From the human T2T-CHM13v2.0 reference genome, Homo sapiens: a DNA stretch of 64,000 nt. The stretch lies in the NCBI RefSeq assembly GCF_009914755.1, contig NC_060930.1. One strand, 5' to 3'. The notes beneath the pieces are model-generated. The model had not been told where the DNA came from. It saw only the letters and a program-made list of their open reading frames with translations, and ran no database searches. Shown piece after piece: positions 32,601 through 51,679 of this stretch; positions within the stretch are counted from its first letter, which is position 1, and each line of letters opens with the position of its first letter. The translations under genes were made by a program, and so were the position numbers.

Positions 32601-35600
32601 TTTGAATAGGTTTTTTTTTTTTTTCTTTGTATGTCAATCTTCTTCAGTTCAGCTCTGATTTTGGTTATTTCTTGTCTCCTGCTAGCTTTGGGACTTATTT
32701 GCTCTTGGTTTTTTAGTTCTTTTTATTGTGATGTTAGCTTGATAACTTGAGGTCTTTTTAACATTTTGATGTGGTCATATAGTATTATAAATTTCCCTCT
32801 CAACACTGCTTTAGCTGCATCCCAGAGATTCTGGTACTTTGTAACTTTGTTCTCATTAGCTTCAAAGAGCTTCTTGATTTCTGCTTTAATTTCATTAATT
32901 ATCCAAAAGTCATTCCGGAGCAGGTTATTCAACTTCCATGTCATTGTATGGTTTTGAGTAAATTTCTTAGTCTTGATTTCTAATTTGATCGTGCTATTGT
33001 CCTAGAAATTGTTTCTTATGATTTCCATTCTTTTGCATTTGCTGAGGAGTATTTTACTTCTGATTATGTGATCAATTTACAGTTGTCCCATGTGGTGGTG
33101 AGAATAATGTATATTCTGGGTTTTTTATTTTTATTATTTTTTTTAATTTTATTATTATTATACTTTAAGTTTTAGGTATTCTGGGTTTTTATTTGCTTTT
33201 TTTGTTTGTTTGGTGGAGAGTTCTATAAATGCCTATCAGGTCTATTTGATGCTGTACTATGCTCTGGCCCTAAATATTCTGTCTCAATTATCTGTCCAGT
33301 ATGGTGAGTGGGGTGTTAAAATCTCCCGCTGTCATTGTGTAGGAGTCTAAGTCTCTTTAAAGCTTTCTAAGAACTTGCTTTATGAATCTGAGTGCTCCTG
33401 TGTTGGGTGCATATATATTTAAGATACTTAGATGATTTTGTTGAATTGAACTCTTGACCATTATGTAATGCTCTTGTCTTTTTTGATTGTTGTTGGTGTA
33501 AAGACTGTTTTGTCTGAAATTAGGATTGCAACTCCTTTTTTTCTGTTTTCCATTTGCTGGGTAGATTTTTCTCTATCTGTTTATTTTCAGCCTATGTGTG
33601 TCACTGCATATGAGATGGGTCTCTCAGAGACATTATATCAGTGGGTCTTGGTTCTTTATCTAGCTTGCCACTCTGTGTCTTTTAATTGGGAAATTTAGCC
33701 CATTTACCTCAAGATTAGTATGATATGTGTGGATTTGATTCTGTCACCATGATGTTAGCTGGTTATTTTGCACACTTGTTTATGCGGTTGTTTTATAGTG
33801 TCAGTGTGTACCTCAGTGTTTTTGTAGTGGCTTGTAATGGTCCTTCCTTTCCATATTTATTGCTTCCTTCAGGACTTCTTGTAAGGCAAGTCTGGGGGTA
33901 ACGAATTTCCTCAGCATTTGCTTGTCTGCAAAAGATCTTATTTCTCCTTCACTTATGATGTTTAGTTCGGCCAGATATAAAATTCTGGGTTGGAGTTTCT
34001 TTAAGAATGTTGAATATTGTCTCCCAACCTCTTCTGGTTTGTAGGGTTTCTGCTGAGAGGTCTGCTGTTAGTCTGATGATCTTCCTTTTGTAGGTGACCT
34101 GACATTTCTCTCTAGTTGCCTTTAACATTTTTTTCTTTATTTCAACTATGGGGAATCTGATAATTATGTCTTGAGGATAATCTTCTTTTGGAGTATCTTA
34201 CTGAGGTTCCCTGTATTTTCTGAATTTGAATGTTGGCCACTCTAGCTAGGTTGGGAAAATTCTCCTTGATAATATTCTGAAGTATGTTTTCCATGTTGGT
34301 TCCATTCTCCCCATCTCTTTCAGGGACACCAATGAGTCTTATATTCCATCTCTTTACATAATCCCATATATCTTGGAGGTTTTGTTTTTTCCTTTTCATT
34401 CATTTTTCTTTTTTTGTCTCACTATCTTGTTTCAGAGAGCTCATCTTCAAGCTCTTAGATTCTTTTCTCCACTTGATGTATTCTGCTATTAATATTTGTG
34501 ATTGCATTATGAAATTCTTGTATTGTGTTTTTCACCTCTATCAGGTCGTTTGTTTTACCATGATTTTTAGCTTCCTTGGATCTGGTTTCAACATACTTCG
34601 GTAGCTCAATGATCTTTGTTCCTATCCATATTCTAAATTCTATTTCTGTCATTTCAGCTATTTCTGCCTGGTTCAGAACCCCTGCTAGAGAGGTGATGCA
34701 GTTGTTTGGAGGTAAGAAGGCACTCTGGCTTTTTGAGTTGTCAGGGTTCTTGTGCTGATTCTTTCTCACCTTTGTGGGTTTATCTACCTTCAATCTTTTA
34801 GGTTGCTTACCTTAGGATGGATTTTTTTTCTTTTATCCTATTTTTGACCTTGAGGGTTTGATTATGGTAAAAGGTGGATTCGGCCAACTGGCTTTGTTTT
34901 TGGAAGAATTTAGGGAGCCAACACTCAGCTTCCAACTGCTGAACTGTGTGCTCTAACTCTGTGTTCTTGTATTGGGCCCTGCCTTTCTTTTCTGGCTCCT
35001 TGAGGTTAGGAATCCACTATGCTGGGGAAAGGCCCAAAGTGCTTCTGGATCACTAATCACTACACTGTGATAGGTGGTGTTAACCAAAGTGCTTCATAGT
35101 GTGGTGACAGCGGAATCCATCCTTGTTTGCATGGGTCAGCCGCAGTGGTAGGGCAGCTGCAGCAGAGTGCTAGTGGGTGCCGGGGTTCCTGCCTCTCTGT
35201 GGGTGTTCATCACGGTAGCAGAGGTAATACAGCTTGGGGGCCACTTCTGGTGATTGTGTGCGTAGTTTTCCTGGAGGCGATGTTGGCTCCAGTTGGGTGT
35301 GGCACTGGCAGGTGCAGGTCCGAGTGCCTTCTCTGTGCCTCACAAGAAAGAGTGGTCACTCAGGTCAGGGCAGAATCTGCTGTTCTCTGTGCAGAATTAG
35401 CATCAGAGCACAGTGCTCATGGCAGCAGGGCTGGCTGGCTCTTTGCCTGCCAAGACCTCATCTGCAATGGAGATCATTTGGGGGAGGTGGGACAGCCTGC
35501 ACTCTCACGTGCTGACAGGGCAAGGAAAGCAAAACCCACAGGCAGATACACACCAGCAAAGTGATGAGGGGAGTTGCCATGGGTCTGGGGGAAGCTGCAA

Positions 35601-36177
35601 TATGAAGAAAGAATGTGTGGGCTGTTGCGTGGCTTTAGGGGCCACCATGCTGTAGTTCTCTGCTGGTCAAGCATAATTCACCAGCACAGAAGCTATGGTG
35701 TGGGATCCCAGAGCACCTGAGACTGATCTGCAAGCAGGGATGGCCAGGCTGGGGCCCCAGGAGAGACCGGCAGACCAAGAGCTGCTTGTGTCAGACTGAC
35801 CCTCTCTCATGGGCAAGGCCACCCTGCAGAGTTCAGGTCTGGAAGTTTTCCTATGGCTAAAGTCTTCTATGGGAGCAAGTTGAGCTTAGGGGGATGGTTT
35901 TCCCTGGCCATGCTTTATTACAGGCACTCCTATACCAAACCCTCTGGGATCCATATCAATTGGCTTGCTACCCCTGCCATTTGTTTAAGCAGCCTCAACC
36001 ACCCCATCAACTGATGTGTCTGTGGTGTTTGAGGGGTCTCTTCCTGCTGATTTCCAGAGGTCCATGGTGAGATAGGATTGCTCCTTACCAGTTCAACTCA
36101 CCTCTTCCCCCAGAGCCACTGATGGCCAGGAATGAGTTCTGGTGCACTGTAGTCCCATGAACGGTTCCCAGCTTTCC
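29667..36177 (-). mobile_element. Near full-length L1 (L1PA13-15/L1PREC2-like): ORF2 ~29890-33750, ORF1 ~33800-34770, GC-rich 5' UTR ~34800-36177
   Basis: ORF2 peptides (MNIDAKILN...[12 protein letters not shown]; WKLNNLL); ORF1 (RKNQHKNPDNSKSQS; DIWDYVKR); approximate TSD TTTACTCCTTTT (29549-29560) / TTCACTCTTTT (36181-36191). Confidence 0.9.
33126..33176 (-). mobile_element. Ultra-short L1PA 3'-terminal insertion (51 bp)
   Basis: T-rich tail plus TTATTATTATACTTTAAGTTTTAGG (reverse L1PA 3' end); perfect 14-bp TSD TATTCTGGGTTTTT (33112-33125 / 33177-33190). Confidence 0.88.
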
Positions 36178-37395
36178 TTTTTCACTCTTTTAATTATTTT
36201 TTTTCTTTTTGTTCCTTTGAATGGATAATTTCAAATGATCTATCTTTGAATATGCTAATTCTTTCCTCTACTTGATTAAGTCTTCTATCAAAGCTCTCTA
36301 ATAAAATTTTTATTTCAGACATTGTATTCTTCTGCTCCAGGATTTCTATTTGGTTCTTTTTTATAGCTTCTATAAGCTTGTTGAATTTCTCATTTTATTC
36401 ATGTATTATTTTCCTGATGTTGTTTAATTGTCTATTTGTGTTCTCTTGTAGCTCACTGAGCTTCTTTAAGGTGACTACTTTGTATTCTTTGGCAGACAAT
36501 TTTTGATCTCCAATTTTTTAAGGTCAGCCACTACCCACTGGAACTTTATTTTGTTCCTTTGGTCCTGTCACATTTCCTTGATTCTTCTTGTTCCTTGAAG
36601 CTCTGCATTGCCATGTTTGCATTTGAAAAAGTATTCACCTCCTCCAGTCTTTATTGACTGGCTTTGGGAGAAAAAGGCCTTCTACATATTCTGGTAGACA
36701 CGCAGACTTTTTCTATGGATTTTCCTGCTTCACTCCTTTTGTTCCTTCTCAGAAGGAAAGTTTTAGGATTGTGTGCTTTCTCCAGTTTTATAAAGCCAGG
36801 CCTGGTGCTAAGAGCATCCTGTTTAGCTTCCCTAGAGCAGTGCCCTGAAATGTTAAAGTTTGTACCTTCTTTCAAACCAGCAGAATCATGCCAGCTACTA
36901 AGATCTGTACATGCTGTTGAGATCCAAGGGCTCTTTGCTGGAACTCATGTGTGTTGTGTGTGGAAACACATGAGGTGCTGTCTACAGAGGAATGCCACAT
37001 GGTGAAGTCTGTGAGCTGCTTAGCAAGATTCATGGCCAGCTGTTGAGCATTGTGCAGGTTGCTATGTACTCCTGTCCCTTCTCCTTGCTTTCAGTGGTCC
37101 CAGACTATTCAGCTGTGCTGCCGATGCCCTCAGTGTTCTGGGTGGGATGAGGCCTAAGTGGGCCTTTTGGGCAGTGTCCCATAAGGTTAAGGAGCCAAAT
37201 GCTCAGTTAATTTTCATTTTCCCCTGTGGAAGCAATTATGAACCAAAGTGATCTCTCTTAGAATAAAGCTAGGCTTCCTTGGGGGATGAGTGACATGTAG
37301 AGTGAAACTGTTCTTCTCACCTCTTTCAACAAGTCTGCTCTCATATTTTTTGTTTTACTGGAATACTGGAACCTCTCAGCTAAACTCTGGGGCTC

Positions 37396-39734
37396 TGATA
37401 TGGTTTGGCTCTGTGTCTCCACCCAAATTTCATCTTGAATTGTAATTCCCACAAGTTGAGGGAGGGACCTGGTGGGAGGTGATTGAATCATGGGGTTGGT
37501 TTCCCCCATTCTGTTCTCATGATAGAGAGTTCTCATGGATCTGATGGTTTAAAGGTGGCAGTTTCCCTTGTGTGCTCTCTCTCTCCCCTTCTGCCTTGTG
37601 AAAAAGGGGCCTACTTCCCCTTTGCCTTCCATTATGATTGTATGTTTCCTGAGGCCTCCCCAGCCGTGCAGAACTGTGAATTAATTAAACCTCTTTTGTT
37701 TATAAATTACCCAGTCTCTGGTAGTATTTTTATAGGATTGTGGAAACAGACTAATACAGAGAATTAGCACTGGGAGTGGGGCACTGCTATAAAGATAACC
37801 TGAAAAGGTGGAAGCAACTTTGAAACTGGGTAATAGGCAGAGGTTGGAACAATCTTGACGGCTCAGAAAAAGACAGAAAGATGAGGGAAAGATTGGAACT
37901 TCCTAAAGACTTGTTGAATGGTTTTGATCAAAACCCTGATAATGACATGGATGGCCAATGAAGTCAAGCTTGAGATGGTCTCAGATGGAACTTATTGGGA
38001 AATGGAGCAAATGTTACTCTTACCATGCTTTAGCAAAGAGACTGGTGGCATTTTGCTCCTGCCCTAGAGATCTGGGGAAATTTGAACTTGAGAGAGATGA
38101 TTAGGGTATCTGGTGGAAGAAATTTCTAAAGAGCAAAGCATTCAAGAAGTGACCTGGCTGATTCCGAAAGTGTTTGGTCATATGCATTCACAAAGAGAAT
38201 ACCTGAAACTGGAAATTTATTTTAAAGGAAAACAGAACATAAATGTTTAGAAAATCTGCAGCGTGACCATGAGGTAGAAAAGAAAAACCCATTTTCTTGG
38301 GAGAAATTGAAGGCTGCTGCAGAAATTTGCCTAAGTAATAAGGAGCAATAAGTTAGTAGCCAAGATCATGAGAAAAATGTCTCCAGAGCATGCCAGAGTT
38401 CTTTGTGGCAGCCTCTCCCATCACAGGTCTAGAAGTCTAGGAGGTAAAAATGGTTTTGGGGCTGGGCCCAGGACCCCACTGCTCTGTTCAGCCTGTGGAC
38501 CTGGTACCCTGCATCCCAGCTGCTCCATCCCCAGTCCTGGCTAAAAGGGACCAAAGTATCACAGGAGCCATGGCTTCAGAGGGTACAAACCCAAAGCCTT
38601 GTTGGCTTCTATGTGGTGTTGGGTCTGCAGTGTGCAGAAGACAAGAGTTGAGCTTTGGGAATCTCTGCCTAGATTTTAGAGGATGTATGGAAACACTTAG
38701 ATGTCCAGGCAGAAGTCTGTTGCAGGAGTGGGGCCCTCATGGAGAACCTCTAGGGCAATGCAGAGGGAAAAGGTGGGGTTGGTGCACCCACACAGAGTCC
38801 CCAATGGGGCACTGCCTAGTGGAGCTGTGAGAAGGCCACCATCCTCCAGACCCCAAAAAGGTAGATACATTGAAAGCTTGCACTGTACACCTGGAAAAAA
38901 CACAGACACTCAATGTCAGCCCATGAAAGCATCTGTGGGGTCTGCAGAGACACAGTAGTGCAGCTGCCCAAGGCCTTAGGAGTGCACTTCTTGCATCAGT
39001 GTGCCATGGATGTGAGACATGGAGTCAAAGGAGGTTATTTTAAAATGTTAAGATTTAATGAGTGCCCTGCCAGGTTTTGAACTTGCATAGGGATGGTGGC
39101 CTCTTTGTTTTGGCCAATTTCTCCAATTTGGAATGGGAACATTTACCCAATGCCTCTACCCCAGTTGTATCTAGGAAGTAAAAAACTTGTCTTTGATTTT
39201 GCAGGCTTATAGGTGGAAGGGACTTTGCTTGTCTCAGATGAGACTTTGGACTTCAACATTTGAGTTACTGCTGAAATGAGTTAAGACTTTGGGGTACTGT
39301 TGGGAAGGCATGATTGACTTTGAAATGTGAAAGGGACATGAAATTTTTGAGGGGTTAGGCGTGGAATAATATGGTTTGGCTCTGTGTCCCCACCCAAAAT
39401 TATAATCCAATTGTAATCCCCACATGTCGAGGGAGAGACCTGGTGGGTGATGATTGTATCATGGGCGTGGTTTCTGCCATGCTATTCTTATGATAGCAAG
39501 GAGTTCTCACAAGATCTACTGGTTTAAAAGTGGTAGTGTTCCCTATGCTCTCTCTCTCTATCCTGCCACCTTGCGAAGAAAGTGCCTTGCTTTCCCTTAA
39601 CCTTACACCATGATTGTAAGTTTCCTGAGGCCTCCTCAGCCATGTGAAACTGTGAGTCAATTAAACCTGTTTTGTTCATAAATTACCCAGTCTCAGGTAG
39701 TATTTTTATAGCAGTGTGAAAACAGACTAATACA
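37396..39734 (+). mobile_element. THE1D-type (THE1D/MSTA group) MaLR element: LTR 37396-37758, internal 37759-39366, LTR 39367-39734
   Basis: Two LTRs T(G/A)ATATGGTTTGGCTCTGTGTC...CAGACTAATACA; internal region homologous to 11514-12929; perfect TSD GGCTC (37391-37395 / 39735-39739). Confidence 0.95.
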
Positions 39735-41014
39735 GGCTCTAACAAAGATATTCTAGTCTGTGATTGGTTGAGAAATTTGGTGTTTCTCTTGAAGGCGATA
39801 TGGGTTGGAACCTCTTATTCCACCATCTTGCTAACATCCTATATTGCTTTCTTCTTAGTCTTCCCCCTTCCCCACCCATTGTGTAACTTGGTGGAACCAT
39901 TTGGGTTACATAGTTATCCCACTGTATTCTCACCACTGTTCAAATCTATAGCTTTAAGCCATATTTAATCTCCACATCTCTTGAATTAGTCACCAATTAC
40001 TATATAGGTTGATTTTGTAGAATATATCTCTGCTCTATTCTTGCTGAGTCTTTTTCTTTATCCTTTCACCTACTAATTAGTTTCTTGTTCATCTGAACTT
40101 ATAACAGTGTCTGACAAATTATATTATAGTGATGCATTGCACCTCCATTCTTTCTTACCCAAGCTCTTTATGTATGGGTACTGCTTGCCTCAGAAGATGT
40201 GCTGCATTCAGAAATTTTCTTTGATTTCATGCCTGATTGTTTTCCAGGAGTTTTCAGTATCTGGAGTTGGGCAAAGTATACTCTGGTTTAGAAAGCATCT
40301 TTAAATGGTAGGGAGAGATACTTGCAGTGTCCCAGTTGCTATCAGTTCTGGAATGCTGAGATGTGAATGTATGGTGATAGAGGCATGAAACATCTATCTA
40401 TTAATTTTTAGAAATTTTGTTGCATAAAGTGAGAGTGTGTCAGAAACTATAGTTCTGCCAACTGTCTTTTAGCTAATACTAAATCCTCCCAGATTCTGAC
40501 TGTCTTTCAGCCTTTGTTTTCAGTGTTATCAAGAATTTTTATTTATTTTTGTTTTCAGAAGCTATTTAGTGAGAAGTTGAGAGGATGATTTTGGAATTAC
40601 TACCCAGAGTCCTCTTGAGCCAGAATTCTTATTGCATTTGAAACTGTTCTTGTGATGCCTTTAAACTTCAAAGCACGCTTTTAAGTTAAAGATCTCTAAA
40701 GTTCTTTCTGATGTCAAGACTGAAAGGAGTGTTTTAAAGAATACTGCATATTTTTATTCTTTCCCTAACCCATTTCTCATTCTTATAATTGCTTCCTAGT
40801 TTTTGGTAATATAACCCAGATTAATGCAACTACATCATTTGATATTATATAATTTCATTACATAATTAATTTGGCTATTTGCATCCAATTTTATAAATAT
40901 TCAAAACTTTAAAAATCTAAGTTTATGTTTCATGCGTTAATGTTTATTTTTAATACTATTTTTAACCATAAGACCCCCATTCTTGAAATATTTAATTTGA
41001 TTTATTCACATTAG

Positions 41015-42020
41015 TGATACATTGACACCTCATATAGAATTCTTTCATTGAGTTTCCTTCTTTCAGCCTCAAAAGATATTGCAACATGGTCTCCTGGCAT
41101 GTCAAATTGTGTATTGGACTACAGAAAGCAATTAGAATTTTTTAGCAAAGGGTATTTTTGGGTAATTTCTCAGGTTGACAGGAGGACTTTTCCTTTCAGG
41201 AGTTAATGGTGCCATTGCTAGGTTCCTAGCATGGAAAGCCATGGGATCTGGAATAGAGAGCGGAAAAGAGTCCAAGGAAAGCTTGTCATAGTCTTTCTGG
41301 CTTTGAAGCTGCTTGGTGTGGATGTACCCCTCTGTGGTGTTTCATGACTTATTAAATTGTACTAATGCAAAGAAGAGGAATGGCCAAAATTATAGATGAC
41401 TGTCTGAAAAAGACTTTTCCCAGACTGAAGAAGTGGAACAGCTCACTGATAGAGAATTTAATGAATTACAGCTTGGAAGAAACCAAACAAAGATGACTTT
41501 ACACTAATTTGCCACACACAAAACATTCTCCAAATATACAGGGGATAATGACTAAGCCCTGTGTAAGGGACTTAACTAGGTTGTATGTATACCACAGTTT
41601 TGGAAAAAAAGACAACTAACATTCCTTAGGCCACACTGGAATTCAAGACTAAAATACTTAATTTATCCAATGGTTAAGTATGAATTGTGCAACCACTGAG
41701 CTGCCAAATTTTCCTTTGGTTATGAACTGTTACAGATGCAACCACCACACATCACTGAGAAATTGTAACAGCTTGGTTTTTTCAACTGAAGAAATATAGA
41801 TTCAATGAATTTGCTCTTTACAGCATTTTTCAGAGTAAACTATGTGTGGTCAGGAAAGGAATTACATCTGGAGTATCTGATAATAAGTCATTTCACAAGC
41901 AGTATTTAACGGAAAGATCTAAAATAGCATGTGTGAAAAAAGGTTATTTTGTTCTAGAGGAGGACCAACAGTTTTGAACACTTAGTCACCACAGCAGCTG
42001 ATGACAATGAAACCTAAGAC
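41015..42020 (+). pseudogene. Highly decayed LTR-retroelement pol fragment (RNase H plus integrase)
   Basis: Manual translation across frameshifts: *YIDTS (41015-41032); D...VNGAIARFLAWKAMGSGIESGKE (41185-41270); HSLGHTG (41620-41640) then CNH* (41688-41699); GITSGVSDN-[fs]-SHFTS (41858-41900). Confidence 0.55.
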
Positions 42021-44240
42021 ATCTGATCACTTTACCATGATCGTCTGCAAGGTTCTTACAACTACAACATCAGTTGTTCTCATGATAGTATACTTTTCTT
42101 AATGTTTATCATGCTGTGTTTTGTATTTGGAAAGGGGGATAATGTTGTGAAATGAAAACTTTCTCTCAGTTTTAAAAAATAAATGAGACAAATGTAACAT
42201 CTCTCTAAGTTGTTTTCAAAGCAAGAAGCTTTCTTTGCACAGAGGCTGAGGGTAATATTTTTTTCAACTTTGTGTCTAAGATAAAAAACCAAAACTGACT
42301 TTTATGTTTCATTTCAAATTTTACTGGCAAAGACTTATTGCTGACATGGGTCTGGTGCAGACTGAGCTTTTCCTCTCAACTCATACTTAGCAGAGTAGTG
42401 TTCTAAATACAGCTTCATTTGCCTAATCACCACACTTTGCTGTCAGGCTAGGTAGAGAGAGTCTTCTTATATCTGCCAGGTTTTCTGTGAACAGGAAGAA
42501 AAATGTTTTCTAGTAAGAATGTTGTCTCCCTATGACCGAGGATGTTTTTGTATTTAATAATAATGCTCGTATGAAGATGATTTGATACTGCACTCTATAG
42601 GATGTTGAATTCATTTGGCTATCTTGGGCTGGGAATAGTTGTTTCTAAAAACCGGGACTTAGCTTCATTTATTTTATTGTTTTTCTGTTTTCCTTTGCTC
42701 TTACCTTTATTATTGTCTTCTTCTCTTTTATTTGGGTTTAACTTGCATTCTCCTTCTAGCATATTAAGATGGAAGCTTAGATCATTGATTCAGAACTTCT
42801 TTTCTAATATAATCATACAATGCTATAAATTTTCCTGTAAGCACTGCTTTAGCTGCCTCCCATAAATGTTAATATTATGTATTTTCATTTCCATTAAGTT
42901 AAAAATGCTTGTAAATTTTCCATGTGATGTCTTCTTTGACCCATGCGTTATTTGGAAGCAGCTTTTTAAATTTCTAAAGATGTGGGGATTAAAAAATATC
43001 TTTCTGTTATTAATTTCTAGTTTAATTATCTTGTGGTCAGAGAACACACTTTATACAAATTTAATCTTTAAAAAATGTACTGAGACATGTTTATGGCCCA
43101 GAATATAGTTTATTTTGTAAATGCTAAGTGTTTACCTGAAAAATTGTGTATTCTACTGTTGTGTGAGAGAGTATACTATAAATATCTGTTAGATTAAGTT
43201 GGTTGATAGTGTTGTCCACATCTTGTATAACCTATTGATTTTCTGTATGATCGTTCTACCATCAGTTGCTGAGAGAAAACTTCTAAAATCTTTAAACTAT
43301 AATTTTGGATTTTTATATTTCTTTTCTCAGTTCCATTAATATTTGCTTCATATACTTTAGAATTCTAATGTATTTGTATATTTATTAGATATGCAAACAT
43401 TTAGGATTACATTCTCTAGATGAATAAATACCTTTATGATTATAAAATGTCCATCTTTATTCCTGGTAACATTTTTCATTCATTCTAAAAATGACCTTCA
43501 TCTGAAATTAATATAGCTGTTTTAGCTTTCTTCTGCTTAGGCCTAAATGGTATATTTTACTTTGTTCTTTCACTTTTAAGGTTTATTAGAGCTAATTCTT
43601 GGATTTGTTTTTTGTTTTTTAATGGCTGTTTTAAGGTTTGGAGTACCCATATTCAACTTACTCTAGTCTATCTTCCAACAATAATACTATAACACTTTAT
43701 ATATAGTGTAAGAATATTATAGTAGTGTATTTTCATTTTCCCCATTCCAACCTTTTTGCTATTATAGTCATACATTTTACTTGTACGTGTTATAAACCCC
43801 AAGATACATTGCTATTATTTTTGCTTGAACAATTATATTTTAAAGAAATTGGCAAATGAGAAAAATAATTTTAAAAGACTTTACATTTATCCACATGTTT
43901 ACTATTTGCAGCATTTTTCATTCTTTCCTATAGATTTTAGTTTCTAATTTTCATTCTGCCTGAATATTTCCTTTAATATTTCTTTTTGTGCCTGACTGAT
44001 GACAATAAATTCTTTTCAGCTTTTAATTTTTGTTCTTTTGGTCTGAAAATATCTTTATTAAATCTTCATTTGCTAAGATAATTTTACATACTATAGAATT
44101 CTAGGCTTACAATTTTCTTCAAATCTTTGAAGATGTTATACCACTGTGTTCTGCTTGCCTACTTCTTGACAAAAAGTCTGCAGTTGTTCATATTTTTTTC
44201 CCTTTGTACATAATGTGTTTTCCCCTTCCTCTGGCTGATT

Positions 44241-50110
<5,870 letters not shown>

Positions 50111-50666
50111 TCCTCTGGCTGATTTTAAGATTTTTTAAAAAACACTGATTTTCAGTACTTTGTGTGTGATGCACGGTTGTGCAATTTTCTTTCTGTTTGT
50201 TTTGATTTGGAATCATTATGTTTTTTGAATCTTTGGGTTTGTAGGCTTTATCATATTTGGAAATTTTTTTGGCCATTATTTCTTTAAATATTTTGTGTCT
50301 TTCTCTTAACTTTTCACTTCTGTGACTCCAGTTGGACAAATGCTTGACCACTTAATATTGTTTCACAGGTCACTGATACTCTGCTCTTTATTTGGGAGGC
50401 ATCTTTTTAGTTAGTTAATTGTTTTACTCTTTTGAGCTCACTTTGGATAGTTTATATATGTATATGTGTCAACTGTTTTGGGTTAACAATTTTTTTTTCT
50501 GCCATTATATTCTGCCATTGTATTCATACATAATCACACTTGATATATTTTATTAAATTTCAAATATTGCTTTTCTTCATCTCGTTTGAGCCATTTTGAT
50601 TTTTTATATCTTCCATTTCTCTCTATATCATTTAATATTTTTCTGCTTCTTAAAAACATACAACAG

Positions 50667-50761
50667 ATTATGAGTATTATTTTAATAATAGTTTTCAGTC
50701 TACAAAGTAGACTGAAATAATACTCTACAAAGTAGAGTATTATTTTAATAATACTCATAAT
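50667..50761. repeat. Nested AT-rich palindrome (outer stem plus two AAA-loop hairpins)
   Basis: ATTATGAGTATTATT / AATAATACTCATAAT outer inverted repeat; TTTCAGTCTAC-AAA-GTAGACTGAAA; CTCTAC-AAA-GTAGAG. Confidence 0.9.
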
Positions 50762-51679
50762 ACTGTTTTAATGTACCTGTCTGCTAATTTTATCACCTCT
50801 GTCCTATGTAGGTCTATTTCTTTTTATTGATTTTTCTGTTTATTAATTAAATATTTTCCTGGGTTTTGCATGATGGTAATTTTTCATAGGATGTTAGATA
50901 TTGTGAATTTTTTTATTAAATACTGTTTTTTATTTCATTAAAGGTTGTTAAATTTTGTTTTGATGTCTAATTAATTTACTTGAAACCAGTTTAATCCCTT
51001 TGTAGAATTCTTTTTCAGCTTTCTTAGGGCTTTGTTTTCAACAGAAGCTGCTTGTCTTGAGCTAATTTCATTCTGCTCCTAAGGCAGTACCTTCGGGAAC
51101 TCTACCCAATTTCCTATATATTATGAAATCTCTCTACTCTGGCTGGTGGAAATATGTTCATGCCCAGCTCTATTTGAGCTCCACGACTTGTTCAGCCTAC
51201 TGCTTTTCAGGGATTATTTCCCTGGCTTTGGGCAGTTTCCTTTTATGCAGTCATAGATCTGTGATCAGCCAGAAACTCAATGGTGTTTTTCCATAGATCT
51301 TTGGAGTTTTTTTCTTTGTGCAGCTTCTCTTCTTCAGCACTCTTTTCTGCAAATTCTTGCTATCTTGGCTTTCTTTAATTCTAATCTCGAACTTAGAAAG
51401 ACTGCCAGGCTCTGTTTGGATTTCTCCAATTAGCTTTGTAGACTGAAAACTATTTCTAGGCAGCAAACTGGAGCAATTGTAGAGTTTATCTCATTTATTT
51501 ATCTATCCCTATCCTAGGGATCATGGTCCTGTGCTGTCTGTTAGCCAATGTCTTAAAACAATTACGTCACATGAACCTCTATCATGGCCAGCAACAGGAG
51601 TCTACAGCTGGGCACAATTTGATTTTACTGAAATTTGTCATGTTATTTGTTAACTCTTATTTGTTGTTTAAATTTATAT

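Noticed and set aside
35127-35674. Cluster of GC-rich ORFs
   Set aside because: Chance ORFs in an L1 5' UTR; the same applies at 27367-28615 and 49170-50148.
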